Notes under the pieces: generated by a model
What the model saw: only the letters and a program-made list of their open reading frames with translations
What the model was told of the DNA's origin: nothing
Database searches by the model: none
Position numbers and translations under genes: made by a program
Source: Branchiostoma belcheri
Lineage: Eukaryota
DNA length: 64,000 bases
Assembly (NCBI RefSeq): GCF_001625305.1
Contig: NW_017803490.1
Location: 8,155,655 to 8,219,654, forward strand
Direction of reading: 5' to 3'
Part shown: positions 43,130 to 56,699 of the stretch, in pieces
Layout: every line of letters begins with the position of its first letter
Position numbering within the stretch: the first letter of the stretch is position 1

Positions 43130-43850
43130 CTTTACATGGTTAAAGGCAACTACAGATTGCACTCACTATTTTATTAACGAATCTTCCCTTAATACATCGA
43201 GGAGCCATCACCCCTCCTAAACCATCTAACGCACCGTCCCCAGGTAGCAAATTTCCAGACCTAACACTCCTCTTTGGAAGATGTTTCCGGAAGCGAGTTT
43301 TGTATCTCTAACGTTACATGCGTGTCCCTTGTACGGTAGTTGTACCCATGCCATTTTTCATTAACGAATCTTCCCTTAATATACTATAGGGACATGATAG
43401 GACATTCTCCCTAAATCATCTAACGTACCATCCCCAGGTACCAAATTTCCAGACCTAATACTCCTCTAGGTAAGATTTTTCCGGAAGCGAGTTTTGTAAT
43501 TCTAAAGTTTAAGAAGCATGTCCCGATGCCATTTTTCATTAACGAATCCTCCCTTAATATATTATAGGGACATGCATCCAAAGCATCTAACGTACCATCC
43601 CCAGGTAGCAAATTTCCAGACCTAATACTCCTCTCGGTAAGATGTTTCCGGAAGCGAGTTTTGTAATTCTGAAGTTTAACATGCATGTCCCTTGCACCAA
43701 AGCAATTTTTGATTAACGAATCCTCCCTTGATATATTATAGGGAAATCCCCCCTAAATCATCTAACGTACCGTCCCCTGGTACCAAATTTCCAGACCTAA
43801 TACTCCTCTCGGTAAGATGTTTCCGGAAGCGAGTTTTCCGTGCAATCAGC
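43130..43850. repeat. Tandem array, about 175-bp unit x about 4 ('ttattaacgaatcttcccttaata…catctaacg.accgtccccaggtagcaaatttccagacctaa.actcctct…gatgtttccggaagcgagttttgta')
   Basis: Period seen directly. Confidence 0.85.
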
Positions 43851-43965
43851 TCAAATAAACGCCTAAAGGCGGCAACAGTGCGCGCGGTGCGGACATCCCC
43901 GAATAGCGGACGCTGAGGCGAAGGTACTAATATTAAACCCAAGAGAAGGCAGCCTGTAGAGCGGT

Positions 43966-44139
43966 ATGGGCGGGCTGCAGAGCCGGGTAACGTCTGTGTT
44001 TGAGAAGAGAAGGAGTAGCGGGGAGACGGACGGGATGGGTTGTTTCGGCAGCCGGATGCAGACGTGTAAGACCCACCTCAGGAGGACCTACAACGGGAAA
44101 AGGCCGCTCAGAGAACAGTCCAAGAGGATGCTGACTCAG
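43966..44139 (+). CDS. First coding exon of an NCS/KChIP-like EF-hand calcium-sensor gene. It has an N-myristoylation motif (MGGLQS).
   Basis: Track ORF MGGLQSRVTSVFEKRRSSGETDGMGCFGSRMQTCKTHLRRTYNGKRPLREQSKRMLTQ, ending exactly at donor 'CTGACTCAG|gtaaga' in phase 0. MGxxxS fits the N-myristoylation consensus typical of recoverin/NCS proteins. It joins in frame to the next exon. Confidence 0.5.
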
Positions 44140-45889
44140 GTAAGATTGATACTCTTGATAGAGTAGTCTTCTCTAACATCATTTCAACAACTAAAAACGC
44201 TCAGAGAACGTAATGGTCGAAGAGAATGCTCACTCAGGTAAGATTAATATGGAAAAATTCTAAGATTTGTCTTTTACTTAATTTAGTATTTGACATAGAA
44301 GTCTTCTATACTGTCATGCCAACAACACAGTCCAAGAGAATGCTGACTTAGGTGAGACTTATAGGGAGAAACTCCAAGATCAAAGGTACAGCTCCGAATG
44401 TTCATACATCTACAACTGCCTTAAGAAGCGAGAAGAAGTTGAACTTTAAAATATAGATCGCATTAGCATGTACAGTTTTAGTAAGATATTGCTGTAACTT
44501 TTTGTTTATTTAGCTTAGCTTGTGTATTTAGCTTGCAAGAGCATAAATGTACAATTTCAGTCATTCTAATATCATGCGTCAACAAAAATCGCCCAGAAAC
44601 ATACACAGAGGAAGCTGACACGGCAATGGCGCGTAGGTCTTCGAACGTACGATTTTTTTGCCGTAGAATTTTCAGGCAATGACAGAAGCAACAGCTGACC
44701 AGCATTTAGTCAGAATTTTCCCTAAGAAGACAGCAAAATTTTGCAAGACACGTTGAACTATCTCAAGAATGCCCGCAGTTTACGATCGCGCGACGATCGC
44801 ACACAAGGAATATGATCAAACGTTATGATAAAAAAAGAAAAGACAAGATTCTAGCATTTCGAGTCTCTGAGTACGTTAAAGCGCTGCCTTCTATATCTAC
44901 GACTGAAAAATGCCATGTCAACTACAAAAGACAAGCCTCAAGCCTAGGTCCATACGCGCAATGTATTTGTTAAGATGAAGACTTTTTGCTAATTTTACTG
45001 TGTCCAAATGGATACTAACTGATGTAACTTAGTGTTGAAATTGCCTCATCATCCTTTTTACCCTGAATAAAGCCTTGTATCTTCTTATACGACGTACGAA
45101 AACTTGTTGCCAAACACCTTTGCAAATCGCACAAAGTTAAATTTAAAGATGTTTGCAAATTGTACGTTTTGTCGGGTATAAGACCACCTTTTATGCTTAC
45201 TGTACATAGCTTCAGAATGCTGCATTTCCAAGTATAAAACGAGTAGATGTCACTTCCAGATCTTGGTTTTATCTTAATATTCATATGGCGAAGTCTTAGA
45301 ACGTCAGGATTTACAGCGTACACCGTTAAGTACCAACCGCAGAATGTTTATTGCCTCTGGGAGTCGCACAGGATCAACACCGGAATAATAAAACACACAC
45401 GTGCCTTTATATAAGATAAACTCGGATTAACGTTCAGGTTATCTACCTTGAAAAACGCCAAAAGGCAGTTACTCTAGCAACTGGATATAATTTTGGAAGC
45501 GGTCAGACGTTTCAGCTAGTATCCACTAGCTTTTGTCAGTGACTTGAGAGACCAGAGGAGAAATGCAGGTTTATAAGCACAACCTATTGACCTGCATTTC
45601 CCCTCTGGTCTCTCAGTCACTGACGAAAGGTAGTGGATACTACCTGAAACGTCTGACGTTTTCGAAATCATATCCAGTTGCTTGAGTAACTGTTTTTGGC
45701 GTATCGTATTACCTGGATGTCTAACCTTCATCCAAAACAACCTTGTTCTTTAGTCGTGCATGGTTGAAGACGATCGTTCGATTTTCTTGTGACTTTGAAC
45801 CAACAGAGCTTATGCCTAGGTCACATTTACAGAAATAGTGCCCATGATTATTATCGAAAACTTTTCTGTGTTTTCTTGTCTTTTATATC

Positions 45890-46395
45890 GTACTTTTCGT
45901 TCCGTAAGACTGCTCAGCCGGGCCCCGGTTTGGGAATGTGATCCTCAGCATAACGGTCTGGGCGATGTTTCTAAGACGAACAAGCTATTTTCGTTCTGCC
46001 TACTGTTCCGTATCAGTACTGTTCAAAAACTGAGAGACACCTGTTACGAAGAGTGCTGATGTAATATAATGTCGGGACGTTTAAAGTAGTATCTAGACAA
46101 ACAATTGTGACTGATTATGTGGGTTTTAAAAATCTTCGGTCAGTTCGACCAGGCTTTACGTTTCATCCGAGAAAACGTTCCTAAAGGCGCGGTCACATTT
46201 CCCAACCCGGGGCCCGACCGGGCAGTCGTTTGGAACGAAAATTATGATATAAGACAGCGAAACACAAAAAAATTTTTTAGAAAATTAACCATGAGCACTA
46301 TTTTTGTGTACTCTTAATACAAATTGTCTATTTTTCGTTCACGCAAACAACCCGGTCGGGCCCCGGCTTGGAAATGTGACCATGCCCTAACCGAA
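45890..46395. mobile_element. Transposon-like element bounded by inverted terminal repeats 'ggccccggtttggGaatgtgatc' and 'ggtcacatttcccaacccggggccc', with an internal duplicate end at 46340-46390.
   Basis: The same terminal motif ('cccggccgggccccggtttggaaatgtgac') recurs at 58880-58930 and at the unit boundaries of the 48290-49230 tandem array. Confidence 0.45.
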
Positions 46396-46659
46396 GCCAG
46401 TTACTTATTTTCACATCAGTCGAGGGAGGACATAAATGTTAAATCGCTTGTCTAAACCACCAGATATCTGAACCTAGAGCCTTGGCTAGCAACACTAACC
46501 ACAAGAACACCTCGCCACCCGTATACTAGAAACACTTCTATAATATAAACCAATGTCAGAAAACATACGGGAATCCATAACCTCTCATTACCAGATGCCA
46601 TGTATGTTGCCATTTCCTCGATCTGCAGTTATAAGGTCGACTCGCTTCTACGACCGATT

Positions 46660-47080
46660 TTCTAGTCTCCACCAGACTCCTTTGCAGGCTGAATAAATAG
46701 TAGAAATCTGCTTAAAAAGGGGGTTTAATTTAGTTTCCACTAGACTCCTTTTGCCATTGCAAGCTGATAAATAGTAGAAATTGGCCTAAAAAGGGAATAT
46801 GGCAAGCTGGAGATTCTATGGCGGCCATCTCCTCTGCCCATGATATTCCCTTTTTAGGCCAATTTCTACTATTTATCAGCCTACAAAAGGAGTCTGGTGG
46901 AGACTAGATTTAATTGGCCAGAGGAGTTGACCGGCAAGAAAGGGTCAATTTGCCTGCACGGATAATGGGCCCTCTATCGCCGGCCAACTCCTCTGGCCAA
47001 TTAAGTCCCCTTTTAAGCCTGATTTCTACTATTAATTCAGCCTGCAAAGGAGTCTGGTGGAGACTACAGATTGCCATTGA
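46660..47080. mobile_element. Composite of nested inverted repeats, the same MITE family ('ccagactcctttgcaggctgaataaatagtagaaat…cctaaaaaggg'). A related copy lies at 4640-4780.
   Basis: Multiple inverted copies of the 'tagtctccaccagactcctttgc…gccaatttctactatttatcagcc' motif. Inverted-repeat structure read directly. Confidence 0.6.
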
Positions 47081-48289
47081 CGCACAAGATCGGGTGCACG
47101 CCAATCATCCGGTCGTTACCGGTTCCTATTTTCGTAACATCATGACCTGAACGTCTGATCATAACCTGACCTTTAAGTCCTGCTCTGTTGTTAGTAGCGT
47201 GTGTAACGATGTTCAGGGCAATGCTCTGCGTAGGCCTGAATTTTCCGAATATACGTGGGCTATCAGGAACCGAGCTTGGTCCATGAGCATGGTTCTGGAT
47301 AAATTACGGTTCTAGGAACAAGAAGAAACATCTATAATGATTTTATCCCAGGAAACTTTCATCAAAACAAATAATAATTTCATTTCAAGAAACTTTTGCC
47401 AAAACCCAGAGAATGCAAGTTACGGCACTGTTAACTTAGAGTAACTACCTTTCCCTGCAAATTGCGCAAAGGCACAGAAACTGAGCGCCTTTAGGTCAAC
47501 TTTATGACTCTAGTGAATGACACAGCACTTAAGGTCTATGGAAAAAAAGTATCCAAAACATAGATTTTACCCCAGGCACAGTTCTGGCTATCAGGAACCG
47601 AACCTGAGCATGGTTCTGGATAAAGCACGGTTCAAGAAACAACAACAAACCATCTATATTCTATAGTTATTTTACCTCAAGAAACTTTCACCAAAACAAT
47701 AATTCTAGCCGAAGTAACTTTCGCCAAAACACAGAGAAGGCATTGCCAAGTTTACGGCGCTGTTAGATATAGAGTAACTACCTTTCCCTGCAAATTGCGC
47801 AAAGGCACGGAAACTGAGACATTCCTCAAGTAACTTTATTGAGCGCCTTGAGGTCAACTTTACGACTCTAGCGAATGACACAGCACTTAAGGTCTAGGAG
47901 AAAGCGGGAAACTCCCCCCGGTGAGCGCAGCAGCCCGGTTATCGGACTCCTGCAGGCGCGCGGTAACATTCTTAACCAGCCGGGCTGACAGAAAGGTTTA
48001 CTGCCGCACACGTGAACTATATAACCCCTATAAAGCATCGCGCGGTGTTTGAAACAGCTTCAGAATGCGGGGAAAGTATTCCAGACATGCACGCTCCCCG
48101 TGGATGACGTGTGATAGACATATCTGAACGGAAAACGCCAGAAACCTGGTTATAAATATCCCGACAGTAACAGTCGGAGGCAGCGGATGTGAGTTGAGGT
48201 TTACTGCTTGTGATGGCTCTGCCGGTCATTTGACAACCGTAAATATCATTCCTCGTGCCGTAAAAGCGACGGAAGACAACCGGGAGTGA

Positions 48290-49230
48290 CCATGGCATTT
48301 ACACTAACGCGACGTGAGACCGACTCTAAATCAAAACTAGACAAGTTCCCGAGTACATTTTCCTTATCCACTCTCTCCCTATTACACTGCACTACATAGA
48401 TGTAAAATTATGCTATTAAGTCACATTTCCAAACTGGAGCCCGGCCGGGCATGGCATTTACACTAACGCGACGTGAGACCGTCGCAAAATCAAAACTAGA
48501 CAAGTTCCCGACTACATTTTCCTTATCCACTCTCTCCCTATTACACTGCACTATATAGATGTAAAATTATGCTATTAAGTCACATTTCCAAACGGGGGCC
48601 CGGCCGGGCATGGCATTTATACTAAGGCGACGTGAGACCGATGCTAAATCACAACTAGACAAGTTCCCGAATATATTATCCTTTATCCATTGCCCGCCAC
48701 ATAGGCATGTACGTGTACTTAATGTGCTATTAGGTCCCATTTCCAAACCGCAGCCCGGCCAGGCTGTTCAAATCAGCAATATACACAAATGATTTATTTT
48801 CTGTGATGTACGTGATATGGCAAGTCAAGATTTATGAAAGAAGAAGAAAGCGAGGGAAGACGGCCAGGAGTGACCATGGCATTTATACTAACGCAACGTG
48901 AGACCGGTGCTAAATAAAAACTAGGCAAGTTCCCGAATATATTTTGAGCCACTCCTGCCTAATACATAGATATGTAGTTATCCTATTTGCAAACCAGGAC
49001 CCGGCCGGACGAAAAATAAATTCATATCAAGAATATACGCAAACATGATTAGTTTTTAAAAATTTTTTTGTGTTTTCCTGTCTTTTATAAGTAATGTTTT
49101 TCGTCAAGTACCTGAGTATATTCTCCTTATTCACTCCCTGCCTATTACACTGAACTACCACATAGATGTAAAATTATGCTATTAAGTCACATTTCCAAAC
49201 GGCCCGGTCGGCCTGTTAAGTTTGCACGAA
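48290..49230. repeat. Tandem array, about 160-bp unit x about 6, whose unit ends carry the MITE terminal motif '…tttccaaac.g.gcccggccgggc'
   Basis: Repeated 'catggcatttacactaacgcgacgtgagaccg…ctagacaagttcccga.tacatttt…'. Confidence 0.8.
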
Positions 49231-50267
49231 CGAAGATTAAACAATTCACATCAAAAATATACACAAATTCTTTTTTTCTTAAGCGATGCACGTGATCTGG
49301 CAAATAAAGATTTATGAAAGAAGGTGACAAGATATGGAAGAAATCCTGCATGTTAAAAATTTGAATATCAACTGTGCATCCAGAAACAAGTCAGGGGATG
49401 GCCATTCAGAAAAATGACTCTCTTGATCTAAAGAGACCAATAATGCAAAAATTGGGGCGTTCTAGTTTGTTCATGTTTACTTCCTGTGACCATTTTGCAA
49501 CCCTAAATCAGAACATTGATTCCCGTGGAAGCGCTCCAAGCTTGTTTACGATCGATGTCCACAAGGCGACCACAGTGCTAACGGGATTTACTTCAATTAG
49601 ACCTGAGGGACTTCAAAGTAGCTCTAGATGTGTCCGGTTCGACACTTAACAAACATGACATGCCGAAGCCAATTTCCTATCTGTTCCATTAGATCCTCTG
49701 AAGTGACGAAGGCCATAGAAAGAGGTTGTTGGAACGAATTGTAACAAGCGTGATATCTGATCAATATCTATAGCGTTACAAATCTCATTATTCTGTAGGA
49801 GAATGAGAGACGGAAATCGAGAATTAAATGCGGGAACAGAACATGAAAACACGTGTAAAAATAAAGAATAGAAAATCCAGACGTCAGTCACCATGGTAAC
49901 TGGTGCTGTAGGAGACACCCTGTGGTGTTAGGTTACATGATGTAGCAAGTTGCAGGGCAGAGTTGTAGGGGCTGGGCACCATATTATAAACAGATTAACA
50001 TTATGCATCTGCACGCAAATGTTACCTCACTAGTTCTCTGTTCATCTCTCTGTTTCCTTGTCTTGTTGGCGAGGTACTAGTTTTTCTTCATCTCTATATT
50101 TTGATTGTCTTCCCTTCTCTATGTCTCTACTACTGGATAAATTACGAATATTAATTTCGGACGTTTCGAGTAACTAACCATCCTCAATGTATGTTTTATT
50201 CTTCAGTTAGCGAGGGTGACACACTTCACAGTGGCGGAGGTGAAGCAGTGGTACCGGATGTTCCTGC

Positions 50268-50300
<33 letters not shown>

Positions 50301-50376
50301 GAATCCCTCCTCTTTCTCTCACTCACTCACTCACCCACTCTCTCTCTCACTCACTCTCCCTCTCTCTCCCCTCCAG

Positions 50377-50526
50377 TTGGCGAGGGTGACGCACTTCACA
50401 GTGGCTGAAGTAAAGCAGTGGTACCGGCTGTTCCTGACGGACTGTCCGGACGGTCAGCTGTCCGAGCGCCAGTTCGTCGGCTTCTACTGCAACCACTTCG
50501 AGCACGGCAACGCCGAGATTAAAGCG
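50377..50526 (+). CDS. NCS-like gene exon (EF-hand 1 region)
   Basis: Acceptor 'ctcccctccag|TTGGCG'. Donor 'AAAGCG|gtgagt'. Encodes LARVTHFTVAEVKQWYRLFLTDCPDGQLSERQFVGFYCNHFEHGNAEIKA. This aligns with NCS-1/hippocalcin '[33 protein letters not shown]…FFPYGDASKFA'. Confidence 0.75.
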
Positions 50527-51039
50527 GTGAGTACTGCCGTTTCCAGAACTGTGCCTATCTACTTTTGTGTTTGAATTGGTTAGGGTTAGGATCAGGTACG
50601 GTGCAGGATTGATAGTCTCTATCATATCCAGACTCGTGCCTATCTAGTTCTGTGTCTGAATGGTTTAAGGTTCTTGATAGTCTCCGCCACGTATTCCTTA
50701 ATGTGAATTGCCACAGAAACGTTTCTAGAAACGTACGGACTATCCAGAACTGCGTCTGGGGTTAGGATCAGGCACGGATCTGGATAGTCTCTATCGTATC
50801 GAACAAACGTAGGTTTGCCCCAGGCACTGTTCTAGATATGGACTATCCATATTCGTGCCTGATCTTGTTTCTGGATAACAACATGGTTCTGGATATAAAT
50901 TAAAGGAATTAAAGGAAACAGCCTTGTTAAAGTTATTGTGATATCGTTAGGTCAATAATCGGAAACAAACCATAGGGAAATAGACCTTTTTCTTATACTA
51001 AATTTTTCCTAAATTATCCTTAGAAAAAAGTCCCCTGGT

Positions 51040-52190
51040 AAGTTTGTCGAGATGAGAACCGACTGTTGCAGGCAACGTTCTTGTGGGCTGCTGCGGTTAG
51101 GGACTAAAGGCTCTCCATGTGGTATCCATCATCAGACTATTGCAGGCAACTTGAGAATTAGAATTTCAATTAACCAACCACAATAAACACAATTAATTTA
51201 AAAAAAAATCTAATTGCACAACGAGCATTTCGAGCAGACCGTTCTTGACGGACCTTATTTTAACTACGTGGATTGCAAAAGAAGTGGTAGATCATTCCAT
51301 GATTAACGTTTCACAGCTCTATACGTGAAACACTTCGATCTTCAAAGAGTTGGTTCCGGATCCGTCTAACATTCTCGTAGGCTGCTGCGGTTAGGGACTG
51401 AAAGCTCTCCATGTGGCATCCATCATCACTGTTTAATAAAGCAGAACGGTCCAGAGATTTAACTCCCTGGGAATATGGCGGCCTTCCAGTGCCGCTTTCA
51501 TGGAGGTAATAGCTCACGGAGATCGTTCGTCACCGCCAGAACGTTTTACAGCACCCCGCTCCCACTAGACAGCGGAATGGTCGTGATTTCTCCATCGTTA
51601 GAAACCTTAGCATTCATAACGACTGTGCATATTTCTGAGGAACAGAAATACTCAACATAAACTTCCACTCAGTAGGTCTGACCGGCATAAAAAAACTTTC
51701 ATTGTGACAACCACGCAAGCATTGTGCACGTGCAATTGTATTGCAAACCCATGCGTTTTGTGTTGTAATTTCTAATTATGCAAATCTTTTTATCTATCTG
51801 TAACATTTCAACGCTTTCATTTCACGAGCTAACCACTCGTGGAGATCATTCGTCACCGACAGAACGTTTTACAGTAGCGCGTTCCCGCTAGACAGCGGAA
51901 TGGTCGTAATTTCTCCAATGCAGACGTTAGAGAACTTAGCGTTCATGACAAATGTTTATCACTAACGGAACAGTCTAATATAACATACACTTCGGATAGT
52001 CTGGTATCATTGCCGTTAAAAGGATGATGTCTCACATAGCTTTCAGCGTTCTACAAAGTTTTAGTGAACTTGACATTGGAATGGCCATTATTTGTCCATT
52101 GCAGCCGTTAGAGAACTTAGCGTTCATCGCATGACGAATGTTTATTACTAACAGAACTTTGTAATGTAACGTTAACCCAGAACACAGCGG
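51040..52190. repeat. Cluster of local duplications. 51040-51130 aligns with 51355-51440. A block of about 150 bp ('ctcacggagatcgttcgtcaccgccagaacgttttacag…gacagcggaatggtcgt.atttctcca…') appears three times, at 51510, 51830 and 52080.
   Basis: Seen directly. Confidence 0.6.
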
Positions 52191-52364
52191 GTAGTCTAAA
52201 ATCATTGCCGTCTCCCTGACATAGCTTTGAGCGTTCGGTAAATTTTGAGTAGAAATTTACATATATCAAGCGATATCTGTACTGTAAGGAGGGCAAGTAG
52301 TATACATTGCATAAAGAAGAGTTTATCTGGTAAAGGCAAATGCACACTAGAAATGTAACACACA

Positions 52365-52365
<1 letters not shown>

Positions 52366-52437
<72 letters not shown>

Positions 52438-52465
52438 TGTGTGTGTGTGTGTGTAGTGTGTGTAG

Positions 52466-52532
<67 letters not shown>
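52366..52532. repeat. Compound (AT)n-(GT)n microsatellite
   Basis: Seen directly. Confidence 0.95.
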
Positions 52533-52533
<1 letters not shown>

Positions 52534-54289
52534 AATGTATATATCCGCCTGGTTCTGTTCATTGACATGACTTGTCTGAGGAATAGAAGAAGATGATACA
52601 GAGCGAAAGCAATATGTCTACCTTCCGTAAAGGTAAACATAAAAAGCCAATATCCAAAGTCTGTAGAATCTACGACCGGCTTCCTCTATGCCCCTCCGGA
52701 CTTTTCGTCTCGGTTCTTGGTAAAAAATATAAACCAAACTTGTGATCATGGATTCTCTCGAGGCCTGAACAGCGCGCAGTTCGGAGATTTAAGACCCTCT
52801 CCTGTTCACCTGTTGCACGCCGAGGGAGTCAGTAATGGACATGTATGAGTGATGGGCCTAAAACGTACCCCTGGGGTACCCACATTTGTCCTCCCATAAA
52901 TCATTGAGTATCAAAGTTCGTTGTTCACCACGACTTTTACGGGCCCCAAACATCAGGTCCATGCCACTTTGAGTCTGTGATGTACTGTGAACATCAATGG
53001 TCAAGGCTAAGCTATTTCTCCCATTGAATAATTTTGCTGGTGCTGTATCTGTATCAGTATAGGCGGTTTAACTGCCCTTCGGTAGCACACCAGCTTCTGT
53101 ATCTGTATAGCCGGTATAATTGCCCTTCGGCGTAACACACCAGCTTCTGTATCTGTATAGCCGGTATAATTGCCCTTCGGTGTAACACACCAGCTTCGCA
53201 GGCACGCGGCGTGGCGGCAGCTAGCTATATCACACTAAACGACTTCTGACACTCAGTTTTTGTACATGTAATTGAAAGAGTTGTTTCAAGCTTTCTAGTG
53301 ATGATGCCCCAACTGACTGTGCTGGTGGCAACGAGTTCCAGTCTACGATAGTTCTGGGGAGTTTTTGAGCACCTCAATTCTTGGTTGATAACTCTAATAT
53401 TTGAAGGCATGACTGTTTCTTGTTCTGTTACAATAATACTAGAAGACAAAAGACGTACAGTATTCCATACCACACCAAGTCTAACTAAGTACCATTACGA
53501 AACCGATGTCACATCAATCAATAGTTCGTGCTTATAGGCCTGCTTTTCTGACAACTCTCCAGTGTCACTGACAAAATGTAGTGGATGCTACCTGAAACGT
53601 CTGACCGTTTCCAAAATCATATCCAGTTGCTTGAGTAACTGCTTTTTATAGCTTAGTGCTGATTTTCTGTTTCTATTAAAGTTAACCAATTAACTGTATA
53701 GGACGATTTACAACTAAGGCCTTTCCATGCTTATCAGTATATCCGATCGTGCCTTTTCTTCCAGCGACCTGAAATAACCCTTAACTATCAATCTCATATA
53801 AGATGGATTATAGTTACAATTGTCTATATCTGCCGCCGACATAATGCCACAGGATTAGGCCAGTAATTTTACGTCCGCGCGCGCATTGATTTTGGCCTGT
53901 TTCCAGAAAAAAAGACTCTTCCGCTTCCTATCTATGACCAAAGAGTCACGACAGTGGGATAAGGGAAGATAAAAGGAAAGATACAGGGCAGGACGACAAC
54001 TGCTGTTCCACTGATTTATTGCTGTTTTCATTACGAATAAAAGACTTGTTGGATGTTTGATTTGATTTATTAGACTGTATAAACAGATATATATATACAG
54101 CCAGGACTGCCCAACTAGCCGGAGGCTATTATAGGTTCGTTGGTTGTTACACTGTGTTCCCTCATTCAATTTGTGTCCTAACATTTGTCGTCCCTTAGTA
54201 TATTTCAAATCTAGGCATCTTGCTTCTTTCGACCCTTCATGTTTTTATTTCGCGCTCTCGCATTAGAATTAGGGTCTCCAGAGAACGTC

Positions 54290-55190
54290 ATCCATACAAA
54301 TTACTTGGTGTGGCCTTACAGTTATGTAAGAATGTTGATAATCCCTCAGCTGAGATCAGCCACTGATGAAAACCTCAGGCGATTACCACAGTAATCCTTA
54401 AGGTATTAGGACTGGTGGATATATATTGCTGCTTCATATTTCATATCTTATATCTAGACGATATAGACAGCTATGATGTCTACCAGGGTGTCTTTACGGA
54501 ATATAAGGCCGAGGGATTTTGACTGCAAAGTGGTCTTATCTTGCATAGCAGCCAAACTATATTAAAAGCGAGCTAATTAAGATAGTTATCAGTTTTAGTT
54601 TAGATTATCTATTATGAAGAAGTACTGAGAATGCTTGTGTATGTATGTAATTGAGCATGTGATATGGGCTTTATCTACGTTGTGTAACAGGGGATATATT
54701 GTAATATATTGCTGTATATCTCATCTAGACGATTCTACCAGGGTGCCATAACGGAATATCATGGTGTCTACCAGGGTGCCTTAACGGAATATCAGGCCGA
54801 GGGATTTTGACTGCAACGTGGTCTTATCTTGCATAGCAGCCAAACTATATTAAAAATGAACTGATCATGATAGATTATCAGTTTTAGTGAAGATTATTAA
54901 TTATGAAGAAGTACTGAGAATGCTTGTGTATGTATGTAATTGAGCATGTGATATGGGCTTTCTCTACGTTGTTGTGTAACTGGGGATATATATTGCTTTA
55001 TATCTGATCTAGACGACATGGACAGTTACGATGTTTGCCAGGGTGACTGTCTTGTACAGCAGTCAGACTGTATTAAAAGCAAGATGATTATGGTAGATTA
55101 TCAGCTTTAGTTCTAAATTATTTTTAGCAGACTATGCTTGGGTATGTGGGGATCTGACATGGGTTGTCAGTACGTTGTGTAGATACGTTA
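54290..55190. repeat. Tandem repeat, about 290-bp unit x about 3
   Basis: 54400-54720 aligns with 54720-55000 and partially with 55000-55180 ('…gatgtctaccagggtg.c.ttaacggaatat.aggccgagggattttgactgcaa.gtggtcttatcttgcatagcagccaaactatattaaaa…'). Confidence 0.75.
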
Positions 55191-56507
55191 TTACGTGCAG
55201 AGACACTGTGCTGGAAGCAATTATTTTTAAGAGCTACAGTGTTGCATAATTTGTATGAAAATCGTACAAAGTAATACCACTTAATACTTCACCTACGTGT
55301 ATATAAAACGTATTCATGAATTTTCCTAATCTTAGGGCTTGGTTGCAAAGCCAGAGTTCCGCAGAAGTATTATCTTCTTTCGTGGGATTTAAGGGTTTGA
55401 CATTTTTATCGATCCATAAAACAGGCACGAAGCGCCATTAGGAGAACAAGAAAAGATTGGATGGAGTTTTTCGTTTTTCCGTCTCAAAGTTTAACATAAC
55501 ATAAATTACTATGAAACCCTGGTGTTTTAGGTAAGAAGAAACGCTTATCTACAGTTGTATAAATTGAAAAGACTTTGAATTATGTCTTTCACTAGAATAT
55601 GCCAATTGATACGACAGTTCTGTCTACTGATGTCTTTCTTTCTCTCTGTCAAAACCTTGTACACATTCCCTTCTGAATTTGTGCACGTAGACTAGAATGC
55701 TCTCCCCAGAATGTGCAGACATGTACATAAGCATAGAACCTTGGAATGAAAGATGCTTCAACAAAGGCTAACGAAGCAGCACACACAAGGTCAGTTGGTG
55801 GTTGTGAAAACAGACGTTGAGTGATTTTCAGCTAACAACAGTAAAAAAAACAACTAATTTTGACCTAATTGTCTCATGTATCCAACCGCCCTGGGCAGGC
55901 CGGCAAGACCTCATCACTCAGGTCTCTCATTATGCCCACTAAACTGGTGGAATGAACACCAAAGTATTTGACCATTTGGCCAAAGTAGGAACGTTTAGAC
56001 CCTACCTGTTCATTCTAGCACTAAAGTCTCCAAACTGGACTAAACTTTTCATGGGAAAAAGGATTTTCAAAGATATTAATTTTTAAAGGCATTCTCCGTC
56101 AGAATTTTTGCTTTATGACGGTCAATATACATTGGGATAGTGAGGTTTCATCTCAGCATGTAGATAAATGACTACAATATTGACTTAGAAAAATCAGGTT
56201 TCCAAGCCCTAAAAAGTGCATTGGATGCCTTTAACTAGGGACTACAATCGCAACGTTTTCCCTTCATGCGTGGTTAGTCCGGGCACGGATTGTTGATGGA
56301 TGTGTGCGCTGCCGTCCAGGCTTGGGGATTACAACCTCACTGATGAAAGACGTCCCATAGCGGAGCGCCTGCCAAACGCAATACTTTATGAGCAAACTGC
56401 TTCCTCTTGGCGTTTGGCAGCATTCGACTTTAATTCCAAGAAAACCCGATAGTATGCAAATAGTGAGCGAGTGAGCGAAGTTATAATTTATACATTCTGT
56501 TCCCCAG

Positions 56508-56699
56508 ATCCTGGCCAGACGTATTTTCCACACGTTTGACCGTGACGCCAGCGGGTGCGTGGACTTCCGGGAGTTCCTGTGCGGGATGTCCGCCATGCTG
56601 AGGGGAACCCCCATGGAGAGACTGAAGTGGGCCTTCTGTATCTTCGACCTGAACAGCGACGGGACTGTCAGCAAGAAGGAACTCATCAACGTGCTCACG
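56508..56699 (+). CDS. NCS-like gene exon (EF-hands 2-3)
   Basis: Acceptor 'tgttccccag|ATCCTG'. Donor 'CTCACG|gtgggg'. Encodes ILARRIFHTFDRDASGCVDFREFLCGMSAMLRGTPMERLKWAFCIFDLNSDGTVSKKELINVLT. It has two canonical EF loops (DRDASGCVDFRE and DLNSDGTVSKKE) and the NCS hallmark 'KL.WAF..YD'. Confidence 0.8.
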